DNA from: Octopus vulgaris
Taxonomy: Eukaryota
Assembly: GCA_951406725.2 (NCBI GenBank)
Contig: OX597839.1
Coordinates: 2,170,001-2,234,000, forward strand
Direction: 5' to 3'
Length of the DNA stretch: 64,000 nt
Shown here piece by piece: positions 1 through 14,799 of this stretch (the stretch's first letter is position 1; every line of letters begins with the position of its first letter). The notes under the pieces were generated by a model. It saw nothing but the letters and a program-made list of their open reading frames with translations, searched no databases and had not been told where the DNA came from. The position numbers and the translations under genes are program-made.

Positions 1-409
1 TTTAATACAGCAATAGAAACATCCATCAATCCATCCGCTCACCCACACATCCATCCACCCATCCATCCATCCATCCATCCATCCATCCACCCATACATAC
101 ATACATACATACATACATACATACATACATACATACATACATACATACATACATACATACATACACGCGTATATGCATTTACCTCATAGCGCAAGCCATA
201 TATGACATCATATCGCTTACGAATTCCATGTTGCTGTCGAAGATGCAAAGATTGACTCACAAGTCCGCGATAAAATTATATGTTAAAGAGAAGAAAGACA
301 CGAGCCATCCATCAATGCCTGAAGATAATTCCATTACAATGACGTGGGTGTTCTTTTGGTTTTGCTTGACGTGAACGAGATGATTGGGAGCGGGAAATAA
401 GCATACATC

Positions 410-532
<123 letters not shown>

Positions 533-597
533 TCATATATATATACATATATATCAGTCATATATATATATGTACATATATATACATATATTCATAC

Positions 598-649
<52 letters not shown>

Positions 650-667
650 GACTGAAACGAATAAAAG

Positions 668-2660
<1,993 letters not shown>

Positions 2661-3174
2661 TGTTGATATATCTATCTTTCTCCCTCCCTGACTCACTATA
2701 TATATATATTCAGATACTCATATACACACACACATACATACATACATACACATATACATATGTACGTACAAACATACATACATACATACATACATACATA
2801 CATTTATTCATACATAAATACACACATACACACAAACATATATAAAATGTCGCAATTCAAAATTCATCTGAAAAATTATTCATAGATATTACCGCAAGAC
2901 AAGAAAAGAAAAGAAAAAAGAAGAAAGAAAAGATGAGAAAGAAGGAGGTGAAGAAATAGTCACAAACATTTATATATGCCTTCCCTCCACCCGACAACTT
3001 ACAGCCACCCTATCAAGATAACACATTTCATTACCATAAAACACCCACATATATTCCGGGGTATCTATTTGCTGATAACGGCTTATTACAGATATAAAAG
3101 TGTATCGATGTACTGCGGCTCGTTTTGAAATTTCTCATTTACTCACAAATATATCTTATTTATTATCATTTAGC

Positions 3175-4160
3175 CCAGCTGATGCCGGACAAAATGCTTG
3201 AGAGTATTTCATCCGTCTTTTCGTTCTGAGTGCAAATTCCGCCAGGGTTGACAAAATAAGTAGCAGAGGACGATGTAATCAACTTAAAACCTCACCAGAA
3301 ATTGCTGGCCTTCTGCCAAAGTTTGAAGCCACCACTATTTGCCTGGCTAATACCGAACTAAATGCTTGCCGTCTTTATGCTTTGCGTTCAAGTTCTGCCA
3401 AAGCCGACTTTGCCTTTCATCCTTTCGGGGTCGACGAAATAAGTACCAGATAAGCACTGGGGGTTGATGTAATCGATTTGCTCCCTCCCCACAAAATTTC
3501 AGGCCTTGTGCCTATAATTTTGAACTGGCAGAATCGTTGTCCCGCCGGATAAAATGCTTAGCGGCTTCTTTTCCGGCTCTTCACGTTCCAAGTTTAAATA
3601 CCTATTTCTTTACTACCCACAAGGAGCTAACACAGAGGGTGGGGACAAACAAGGACAGACAAACGGATTTAGTCGATTACATCGACCCTAGTGCGTAACT
3701 GGTACTTAATTTATCGACCCCGAAAGGATGAAAGGCAAAATCGACCTCGGCGTAATTTGAACTCAGAACGTAGCGGCAGACGAAATACCTATTTCTTTAC
3801 TACCCACAAGGGGCTAAACACAGAGGGGACAAACAAGGACAGACACACGGATTAAGTCGATTATATCGACCCCAGTGCGTAACTGGTACTTAATTTATCG
3901 ACCCCGAAAGGATAAAAGGCAAAATCGACCTCGGCGTAATTTGAACTCAGAACGTAGCGGCAGACGAAATACCGTTAAGTATTTCGCCCGGCGTGCTAAC
4001 GTTTCTGCCAACCCGCCGCCTTTCCAAGTTTAAATACCGTCCTTTTGAGAGTCAGTGAAATAAAGTACCAGTTGAGTACCGATGTAAGTGATTAGACCTC
4101 CACCCCACCCCACCCCACTCCACCCATCAAATTTCATACTCTGTGTCTTGAGTACAAAGA
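3175..4160 (+). mobile_element. Cluster of older SINE-B-type copies; the last one hosts a SINE-B dimer
   Basis: Repeated ctggcagaatcgtt / gactttgcctttcatcctttcggggtcga / aagtaccag motifs. Confidence 0.7.
3602..4020 (-). mobile_element. SINE-B tandem dimer with 17-bp TSD
   Basis: Two ~180-bp units plus tRNA-like head; ttccaagtttaaatacc on both sides. Confidence 0.9.
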
Positions 4161-4614
4161 AATATTAATCTGACAATTAGAAAAATTATTATCGAGAAGA
4201 GTTGTGTGTGGGGGGGGGGGTCAAGGGTGTGTGTATGAAGTCGTGTGGGAATTAATTCTGAAGTCACAGTTTCGATCTTACCGCGCGGAGCATATTAATC
4301 TAAAATCTCACGTCTGTTATGGCCTCGGACTGACCGAAGCTCTAAGTAAATTTGGGTTGTTGGGAAATGGGCCTCTTTCCTTCGGTTCGTAGCGTAGAAG
4401 ATGTATGTGTGTGTGTGTGTGTGTGTGTGGTGGGGAGAAGGAAGCGAGGCATCGGTCCACCCCAGGCTATGCATTTATGGAGGCGGCACTTTTTGGTGAG
4501 TGAAGGTCCCGGGGGCCCAGGAGATGGAGATGGAAATGTCAAGTGCGGCCTCGGCCGCGACGCACTCTACTTCCGCGACTGCCTCAGATGTCTGTACTAA
4601 TATTTCCCTGGGTA

Positions 4615-4692
<78 letters not shown>

Positions 4693-5154
4693 ACACACAC
4701 ACCCATACACTCGCTCGCATGTGTATACAGATTCATACAGACATACATAGATATATACATGGATCTTTAGTGTTCATATTAATCTGTCTAATGTAATGCT
4801 TATTCGTTCACGTTATTTTGAATTAGTCAGGTTCTAGAGGGGTGTACACAATATTTTGCTTGTTACTTCGTAAATTTTTACATGCAGATTTGAAATTTTG
4901 TCAGTGGGTGCTTATATACCACTGGTTTATAGTTATGTAATTTTAGTTGATCTTGCTGAGTAAATTTGACTTTTATGGGCAGGTAAGTTTAATTAACAGG
5001 TGTAAAAGCAATAACATTATGGATAAACACTAAAATTAAAATTCTTAATGCATCTCACCTGTTTGATTTGTTACTAAAATTATCCCAGATGTCAACCGAC
5101 AAAAATTTTGTGTTTAAATGTACACTATTTTATATTGAATAATATGTCGTCTAT

Positions 5155-5203
5155 AGTCTTACAGCTGTTTCTGAGATATTATGAATATCCTTCATCAGAG
5201 ACT
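5155..5203 (-). ncRNA. Minimal type I hammerhead ribozyme motif (Penelope-like repeat)
   Basis: agtct-CTGATGA-a-ggatatt(cat)aatatct-ca-GAAAC-agct-GTA-agact. Confidence 0.72.
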
Positions 5204-6015
5204 GTGTGATAAAGTGTTTGAGTTCGAATTATTGTGGAAAAGATGTTTGATATATATACACACATACTTAGATAAGTTTCGGTCAGTATTGGCTCAGGCC
5301 ATGTCTAACTTAATAGCACCAGAAGCATATGTTGGTGTATAAGAGGCACTCTTGCATAAGACGCATGCTATTTTATCACTGTTTTTTTCTTTTTAAATCA
5401 TGTATCCGTGATAAACGAGGATAGATGTACGTGATTGTTACTTTTAACTTTTTGTCGAGACATCGGAAAGGTGAAAGTTAACTTTAGCAGGATTTGAACA
5501 CAGAGCGTAAAGGGCCATAATTAAATGACCTCCGTCTTTAGGCATTTAGACTGCCGGCGGTGGTGGTCGTGTCCACGGCAGTGGTGCTATTGTACTAATT
5601 CTGTGAGTCTGTCTGCGCCACCGCCGCCGCCGCCTTTAGATAGCATTATAAATATTAAATGGCGTCAAACACCAGACAGAGCAAAAAGAAAAAGAAAAAA
5701 ACCATATTAGGAAAAAGAAACGACAAAAACACGCCAAGATGCATAACATAACGATTGCTAATTGATTGCTACCACCAACACCAGAACCACTACCAGTACC
5801 ACCAGCACCACCAGCACCAGCAGCAGCACCACCACCACTACTACTACAACTACTACAGAGCTTCCTATATATATATATATATATATAGGCAGGTAAGTAG
5901 GTAGGTAGAGGAAGATATATATATATATATATATATATATATCTTCCTCTACCTACTTACCTGCCTACCTACTTACCTACCTACCTACCTACCAATCTAC
6001 ATATCTATCTATCTA

Positions 6016-6053
<38 letters not shown>

Positions 6054-6291
6054 CAGCTAAGTAGGTAGGTAGAAGAAGATATATATATATATATATATAT
6101 ATATCTTCCTCTACCTACTTACCTGCCTACCTACCTACCTGCCTACCAACCTACCTACCTACCTACCTACCAATCTACATATCTATCTATCTACCTACCT
6201 ACCTACCTACCTACCAACTTATCTATTTATCTTTCCGTCCATTTCTCTCCCAAACTCTCTCTCTCAATCTTTCCCTCTTTCTCTCTCTCCT

Positions 6292-6333
<42 letters not shown>

Positions 6334-7023
6334 GACCAATTTGTTTGCAATTAGTTTCGTTCGAATTTCTTTTTGTTATTTATTATTTCATTTTGTTTCT
6401 TTATTTCTTTTGCTGGCAACAATTGGTCTCAACTAATTGGGTAGTTGTTATAGTGTTAATATATTTTCGACTGTTTAGAGAGAGAAATAAGAGGAGAGAG
6501 AGAAAGAAGGGGAGAAAGAGAGAGTGAGAGGGATATGGAGGACAAACCTGGCAATGTTTTATTAATGACTTTTCTCAGTTATATGATATACCATGTTATG
6601 TCAATGTTTCATTCTTCTTTTCTTTGTTTTCTGTTTTGTTTTCTTTGTTGCTACTGCTGTTGTTATTGTTGTTGGTGGTGGTGGTGGTAGTGGTGGTGGT
6701 GAGTTGGTGGCGAGTTGGTGGCATTTAGTGGTATTTGGAGGCGGTGGGTAATGTCGCTAGAGTAGTCTGTTTTGCTTGACTTTTAGAATTGAACGTAAGA
6801 GAAATGCGATAGAAACAGCTGAACGCAAATTGAAACAGAGCGAGAGCAAGAACGTGAAAAAAGATCGATTCGATACACATATACACACACATGCACACAT
6901 ACATGCATACATACATACACACACACACACACACATACATACATACATACATACATACATACATACATACATACATACATGCATACATACATACATACAT
7001 ACATACATACATACATACATACA

Positions 7024-7054
<31 letters not shown>

Positions 7055-7251
7055 GTAATTACATTGTAATTGCACATGTGTCGTTAGCGATGTCTTCTTT
7101 GAACTTTTCCCTTTCTCCTTTCCGACGAAGAGCTAAGTGTGAAACACTAAACTCTTTCCTTTCACCGAGCGTCTAGCTAACACGTTTCTTATGCATGTCT
7201 TCATGTTGTCCGTTTTTACTCGTTTATTTGAATCGTTAGTTTATTTCAATT

Positions 7252-7309
<58 letters not shown>

Positions 7310-7322
7310 GTCAATTGAAATA

Positions 7323-7362
<40 letters not shown>

Positions 7363-7364
7363 CG

Positions 7365-7570
7365 CCATGTTGGATCGTTAGCTCCTACACGCATTTTTTC
7401 TCTCCTTGTTTCTCTCCTTGTTTCTTTTCTGTGTATCTTTCTGTTGAAGAGCGTTGGCTCGAAACGTAAAAGACTATTTCTATTGTTTGTTTGTACTCCA
7501 CCTGCCTTCGTCTTTTGTTTATTTTCGTAAACCTGCCTTCGTCTTTTGTTTATTTTCGTAAACCTTCCCG

Positions 7571-7571
<1 letters not shown>
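7365..7571 (+). mobile_element. Penelope-like terminal-repeat element (family P) with hammerhead-like motif
   Basis: Homologous to 19425-19600 and 37937-38132; flanked by (TA)n. Confidence 0.6.
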
Positions 7572-7621
<50 letters not shown>

Positions 7622-8000
7622 CACACACACACACACACATATACATATATATATATATATGTTTATGTATATGTATGTATATATATATATAACAAGAAAA
7701 TGAGATGACAAAGGAATAAACAATTATCTTATGAAACTCAGTATCTTTACAGCTGTTTCTGAGACAAGATGCATTCTTAATACTGCTACTGCTCTGTACT
7801 TGAACTACGCTTCGTACTGAAGTATATGCATATTGAGTACTACACTAGGTTACTTGTCTTGCAATGTCCAAGTGCATTTCACCTTTATAAGTAGGCTGCT
7901 ACATCCTTGGTACTTGTGTGAATTTTTGCTACCCTGGTAACTATTCATTTATTTTCCCGTGTTATTAGTAAACGCTGAAAACACACACACACACACACAG

Positions 8001-8033
<33 letters not shown>

Positions 8034-8342
8034 TATATAGATAGATTGATTGATAAATAGATAGATAGAAGTATATATGTATGTGTGTGTATGTATATAT
8101 GTCATTGTTCCTGTATTTGTCCCCCACGCCAGTTGACAACCGGTGCTGGTGTGTTTACATCCTCGTTAAATTGTAGTTCGGCAAAAGAGACCGATAAAGC
8201 AAGTATCAGACCTTGAAAATATAAATACTGGGGTCGATTCATTCGACTAAAATTTCTTCAAGCCAGTGCTGCCTTAAACATCCAAGTCTGCCGATTCAAT
8301 CAAAGTTAAGAATATATTTTTTAAAAATATGCATTCACTATA

Positions 8343-8573
8343 CTCTTTACTCTTTTACTTGTTTCAGTCATTTGACTGCGGCCATGCTGGAGCACCGCCT
8401 TTAGTCGAGAAAATCGACCCCGGGACCTATTCTTTGTAAGCCCAATACTTATTCTATCGGTCTCTTTTGCCGAACCGCTAAGTTACGGGGGACGTAAACA
8501 CACCAGCATCGGTTGTCAAGCAATGCTAGGGGGACAAACACAGACACACAAACATAGACACACACATACACAC

Positions 8574-8624
<51 letters not shown>

Positions 8625-8789
8625 TACGACAGGCTTCTTTCAGTTTCCGTCTACCAAACCCACTCACAAGGCATTGGTTGGCCCGAGGCTATAGCAGAAG
8701 ACACTTGCCCAAGATGCCACGCAATGGGACTGAACCCGGAACCATGTGGTTGGTTAGCAAGCTACTTACCACACAGCCACTCCTGCGCC
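8343..8789 (-). mobile_element. Full-length SINE-A (tRNA head, CORE-like box, internal (TA)n, LINE-like tail)
   Basis: A-box-like tggctgtgtggt, B-box-like ggttcagtccc, cttgggcaagtgtctt, tail gactgaaacaagtaaaagag. Confidence 0.9.
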
Positions 8790-9028
8790 TGGTATAATCA
8801 ATAAATAAAGTATAAGGAAAGGAAAAAAAAAAAGAGTAAACGATCTTTTAATACAAAGTTGGTACAAATGCAATAAAGATTCTACAAGTTGTTTCCAAGC
8901 CTAATTAATTCCAAAACAAAACGAAAATATAAGCCTTACGAAAGCAAAATTAAGCTTTTCTTCAGGAATTCATTACTGGTATGAATGGGTTCGACCAGTA
9001 AAAGTTTTAAAACCTTTATATATATATA

Positions 9029-9190
9029 GGCGCAGGAGTGGCTGTGTGGTAAGTAGCTTGCTTACCAACCACATGGTTCCGGGTTCAGTCCTACTGCGTA
9101 GCACCTTGGGCAAACGTCTTCTACTATAGCCTCGGGCCGACCAAAGCCTTGTGAGTATATTTGGTAGGCGGAAACTGAAAGAAGCCCGTC

Positions 9191-9234
<44 letters not shown>

Positions 9235-9430
9235 GCATGTATGTTTGTGTGTCTGTGTTTGTCCCCCTAGCATTGCTTGACAACCGATGCTGGTGTGTTT
9301 TTACGTCCCCGTCACTTAGCGGTTCGGCAAAAGAGACCGATAGAATAAGTACTGGGCTTACACAGAATAAGTCCCGGGGTCGATTTGCTCGACTAAAGGC
9401 GGTGCTCCAGCATGGCCGCAGTCAAAAGAG
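9029..9430 (+). mobile_element. SINE-A
   Basis: Near-identical to other SINE-A copies; divergently oriented to the 8343-8789 copy. Confidence 0.9.
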
Positions 9431-9881
9431 TATATATATATATATATATTTAATTTGAACCCAGAACGTGAAAACGGGCGAAGTGCCGCTAAGCATTTTT
9501 TTCGACGCGCTAACGACTTTAACGGCATCATCATCATCAGCAGCAGCAGCAGCAGCAATAACTTCAACACAACAAGAAGAATAACTAATATCGATACATA
9601 ATGACAAAACAAACAATGAGAATAAATGGTAATGATGGTGGTGGTGGTGGTGGTGGTGGTGGTGGTGGTGGTGGTGGTGGTGGTGATGGGGAAGAATATC
9701 CAGCAGAGAAAAAAAGACTATAATTATGTATAAAAAATAAATAGAAAAAAAAAGAAAAGAAATGAACAATAAAAAAGCAACAACAAATAAAATATACAAT
9801 GTATATATAACCTGAAAGAGCAGTCATTAAGAAGTAATATACAACGACACGAAGTATGATCTATGAAAGAAGTCAACTTAC

Positions 9882-10036
9882 TGGCATCGATGTAACTTCC
9901 GGTTGAGATGTAATGATAAGTCGAGCCGGTTGATAAGAGCTCCGAACTATCCACGTAAAGGAATTTCAATGTTAAAAAGCTCAGAACGATGTACGTTGGT
10001 AACATCCAGGGTATTTGACCGGTACCCATGTTTCAC
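9882..10036 (-). CDS. First coding exon of an unidentified secreted/membrane protein (7 nt UTR + 148 nt CDS, MGTGQIPWMLPTYIVLSFLTLKFLYVDSSELLSTGSTYHYISTGSYIDA)
   Basis: Pyrimidine-rich acceptor ctcctcttttacattcgttattcag| ends at 10037; ATG at 10029; consensus donor |gtaagt at 9881-9876 (phase 1); non-repetitive sequence; hydrophobic stretch ending VDS resembles a signal peptide. Confidence 0.72.
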
Positions 10037-10079
10037 CTGAATAACGAATGTAAAAGAGGAGTAATTGAATGGCAAATAT

Positions 10080-10400
10080 ATTTATTTATTTTAATGCCCC
10101 ACAGGGGGCTAAACATAAAGGGGACAAAGAAGGACAGACAAAGGGATTAAGTCGATTAACTGGTACTGCGTAACTGGTACTTATTTAATCGATACCGAAA
10201 GGATGAAAGGCAAAGTCGACCTCGGTGGGATTTGAACTGAGAACGTAACAGTAGACGAAGTATTTATTTCTTTACTACCCACAAGAGGCTAAACACAGAG
10301 AAGACAAACAAGGACAGGCAAAGGGATTAATTCGATTATATCGATCCCATTGCGTAACTGGTACTTATTTAATCGACCCCGAAAGGATGAAAAGCAAAGA
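10080..10400 (-). mobile_element. Two tandem SINE-B bodies
   Basis: ggggacaaacaaggacagac...gtaactggtactt...gaaaggatgaaagg present twice. Confidence 0.8.
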
Positions 10401-11011
10401 TGGTTATATATGAATATATGTAATATATATGCGAATATATGGATGACATGTATGTATGCATGTATGTATGTATGTATGCATGTATGTATGTATGTATGTA
10501 TGTATGTATGCATGTAAGTATGGGTGTATGTATGTATGTATGTATATATGCATGCATGTATGTATGTATATATGTATGTATGGATGTATGTATGTATGTA
10601 TGCATGCATGTATGTATGCATGCATGCATGTATGCATGTATGTATGTATGCATGTATGTATTTATATATGTATGTATGTATATTCTCCCCTTCGGAATCA
10701 GCCGCTGATGAAACCTCGAATCACTGCTAGACTTTTTCGCGCAACAAATAATAACCTACTTAAATGTATAAATCCGCTTCCAGTAAATGTCTGAATATAC
10801 AAGGGACACATACACATCGTATATATATATATATAATTATCAGTTTGTTTACTCTATAACTCACGTGGGTGGAAGTGGGAGGAATGCAAGGTCTCACTTG
10901 TACTGTTTGAATTCGTTGGTACTGGCGGTCGAAGATGGTTTGTCTGGGATTACTTATATCAAACGGGTATGTTCGATTTTTAGTGCTCTCAAATCCAAAT
11001 CTAAGAAATCT

Positions 11012-11073
11012 TTGAGCTGACGAAGGAAATGTTGATCTTTAAATTCAACTAATCTAGAAACGTACGTTCTCAA
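11012..11073 (+). ncRNA. Minimal type I hammerhead ribozyme motif
   Basis: ttgag-CTGACGA-[gttga/tcaac stem]-GAAAC-gtac-GTT-ctcaa. Confidence 0.6.
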
Positions 11074-11615
11074 GTAATCTTATGTACATGTGATCTTTTG
11101 TTATTTTTCCCTCCATACCTACGTGAATTATTTTTGAGTATACATTGTCTAGGAGATTTTTCTTATAATAGAAGAAATAGCTAAGATTTTTTGGCTGCTA
11201 TTTCTAAAAGTTCAGTGTGTGGTAAAGTAAATTATTTTACTGAACCCTAATTATATAACGTAATGTTTTAAATATACCGTAAATGGTCTTCTTACATCCT
11301 GAACACTACTTGGTAAAATTAATTAATAATTAATTGATTTTACCCTTTTATTATTGATAATATATATATATATATATACATATATACAGGCACACACATA
11401 TACACAAACACACACGTACACACACACACATACACACATATGTATGTATATATATATATATATATATCAATGAACAGCAAATACTACGGGAATACAAAAT
11501 AGAAATCGATGAAGCAAAAGAAAGCCCCGAGCGAGCTGATAAGCAAAAGCCACAAAGCAACTGAATGTAAGTTGGAGAACGCTCGGACACAGACAGACAG
11601 CTAGACAGGCAAACA

Positions 11616-11685
<70 letters not shown>

Positions 11686-11986
11686 TACACACACATATGC
11701 ACAACCACCTACTCACACGTACGAAACTAATTCAATAAGATGCAAAAATGGCAATGCTTCTGCAAACAAAATAAGCAATTCGTCTTTATTTTAAAGTGAT
11801 TCTAGCAGGCAGGGACTGGATGAAAGTAAAACATACACCATTGATGTATGTAAGACATTCTGGGATTAGAGAACAGAGGAATTGAATAAAAGAGTAGAAT
11901 GGAAGGGAATGGAGGATAATGCAATGAAGTAAAAGACGTTATTGTAAAATGAGCAGGAAAGGAAAAAAAGAAGAAATATGAGGAAT

Positions 11987-12192
<206 letters not shown>

Positions 12193-12256
12193 TAGATATA
12201 AAGTGAGATACACAAATACATATACATTATTACATGCATATATATGTATACAGATG

Positions 12257-12295
<39 letters not shown>

Positions 12296-12309
12296 ATATA
12301 TATGAACAC

Positions 12310-12340
<31 letters not shown>

Positions 12341-12385
12341 TCCATATATATATACATACATACACACACACACACACACATATAT

Positions 12386-12426
<41 letters not shown>

Positions 12427-12879
12427 CAAACACACACACACCACATATATATATATATATATAGACATACAGACATATATATATATAAATATATATACAT
12501 ATGTACGTACGTACATATCTACTTACATATATGCAGACGCATACACACAAGCATGTATATATATATATACATGCGTGCATGTGCTTGTGTGTATGCATGT
12601 CGTTATGTACATACGTATATATATGTATGTACATATGATATCTATATTATATATATATATATATACATACACATGTGTGTATACGCACACATATTGGGAA
12701 TGATTATTATTATACATGATTATGATATACATTTGCTCTGTATATCATGACCCATAATACCACAAAATACAGTAGTAACCATAGCAATTTACCGGAAGTA
12801 GACTAAATCATAATAATCTACAATGAACTCTAAACTCACCAGTAGCTGTTGTATGTCTAACTTTACATAAAAGAAATTC

Positions 12880-13140
12880 TATCCATCCAGCCATCTATAT
12901 TCGCCCGTTATTCCTTAGCGCGTTATGGGGATTGAAACATCAGACAGCTCCTTCATAGGGTCCTATCAGGGGTATACGTCATTAGACTTCCGGTTGGATT
13001 CTCAAGCGTGATGAACTGGGACTATGGTGGATATGATCTGACCATCTGGTTTTTTGGTCAACCGCTAAGTCTCCTGCCGGTTGGTTTGGCTCGAAGAATC
13101 CGCCCTGCTAAGTGGAAACCGTCCGACGTGGATGCTGGAC
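12880..13140 (-). mobile_element. RTE-like LINE 3' relic
   Basis: Translates to ILRAKPTGRRLSG*PKTRWSDHI (GRP..RW-type motif); (GGAT)n-like tail. Confidence 0.55.
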
Positions 13141-13269
13141 TGTGGTGGAAGTGTGTATTGTCACTTGTCTTTTCATAATTCATTTAAACTGAATTGACAT
13201 GCGCAGTTGTTGTGTCACAATCGTTGAGAAAACTATTGATCGGGTATTATTTGCAGATGGTCTTGGCTC

Positions 13270-13650
13270 ATCATTTTAGTCGAGCGAATGGACTCCAGTA
13301 CTTATTTTTTGAAAGCCTGGTACTTATATCAGTCTCTTTTGCCGAACCGTTTAGTTACGGTGACATAAACACGCCGACACCGGTTGTCAAGCCGGGGTAG
13401 GGGACATACACAAGCTCAAAGATACACGTACACATACGCACGTACGCACGAACGCATACACACACATATACACAACACACACATCTATACAACGGTTTTC
13501 TGTCAGTTTCCGTCTACCAAATTCATTCACACGGCTGTGATCGACCCGAGGCTATAGTAGAAACCACTTGCCCAAGGTGCAACGCAATAGGACCGAACCC
13601 GGAACCAAGTGGTTGAGAAGCAAGCTTCTTACCACATAGCACATACTTGC
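13270..13650 (-). mobile_element. Diverged SINE-A
   Basis: Homology to SINE-A along its length. Confidence 0.8.
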
Positions 13651-14186
13651 AGATCAGCGGGCGTTGCCCATGCTGAAAAGATAGCTATAAATGAACCAGT
13701 ATTTTTCTGAATGAAAACATTTAGTTTAATAAAACACTATTGAATTTATCTTGAAAAATTATCTTTTTATGTAAGAAATTTTCCAACCAGTTTATATCTT
13801 TATAAATTTCAAGAGCCATATAATACGCTTTCAGTATTAATACAATATTTTGTCATTTATATTGTGTGAATGCTATACAACTAATTCAAGTATATTTAAA
13901 AGAATTAATTAAATATGAAGACAGATTTATTTCATTTTAAAATTATAATTGAACATTCTTGAAATTCTTTGATTCGTAAAACAGTTTGAGCATGAGTAGA
14001 AACTGAATGTATAGAGAGGCAAATAAGCAACATTAATCATAATCGTTCTTAAAAGGGGTGGGGTGTGGGTACGTGGCTTGGTGGTCAGGGTGTTGCATAC
14101 AAAATCGTGTCTTCGATTCCTTGCTCAGGGGGTGCATTGTGTACTTGAGCAAAATCAAATACGGCAAATGTAATTTTAGGAGCATC

Positions 14187-14464
14187 TATTTACTGAGTAA
14201 AGTATACTAGCCATCTCAATATGGCTAACCACTAGGGGTGGGTGTTACTGTAGCTTTTTAGCCCCAGGGGATCATCGTCTCCCGGTGGCTTTAGACACAA
14301 TTTCTGTGCCAAAGCCAGCTGGAGACGATGATCTCCTGGGGCTAAAAAGCTACAGTAACACCCACCCCTAGTGGTTAGCCATATTGAGATGGCTAGTATA
14401 CTTTACGTTGTCGAGCGCTTACTGTTTACATCTCGCTCAGAAATTTATTATTATTTACTGAGTA
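14187..14464. mobile_element. Unclassified fold-back element (210-bp hairpin plus unpaired tail) between 13-bp direct repeats
   Basis: Inverted repeat 14197-14406; tatttactgagta at 14187-14199 and 14452-14464; homologue at 34181-34335. Confidence 0.65.
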
Positions 14465-14799
14465 TCCTTCTTAAAATTAGCCACGAACAAAATAGGATCC
14501 TCAAAATACAATCCAGAATCTACCAGTTCTTCCTTTTCGGAATATTTAGGCTTATTTATTATTTATTGAAATGGTAAAAGTTACGTGTATTAGAAACTGC
14601 AATATTCAAAATCGTAAGGACGTATATGTTAGTCGGAGTAGACTTTTTGGTGTAATTGCAACCGTTTTTAGTGCACTCAGTGTTAGCAATCTTGAATGCA
14701 TGTGACATACGCTTCCAACAATTTGTCTTCTGCTGTTGCATGGCCGCGGTTCATATAAGTTATGCAGCTGCATTATCGGAGATCGGTGACTTAGCGTCG

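Noticed and set aside
261-318. Possible small downstream exon on minus (cag|...|gtgagt)
   Set aside because: Weak polypyrimidine tract and no recognisable peptide; expected by chance
4500-4600. MEMEMSSAASAATHS ORF
   Set aside because: No donor site; runs into (CT)n
9585-9827. Possible next exon (acceptor-like tctttcag near 9812; polyproline ORF)
   Set aside because: Runs through T-rich low complexity and a (CCA)n microsatellite to an early stop; not protein-like
10700-10735. CTGATGA motif as a hammerhead
   Set aside because: No convincing stem II/GAAA/stem III arrangement
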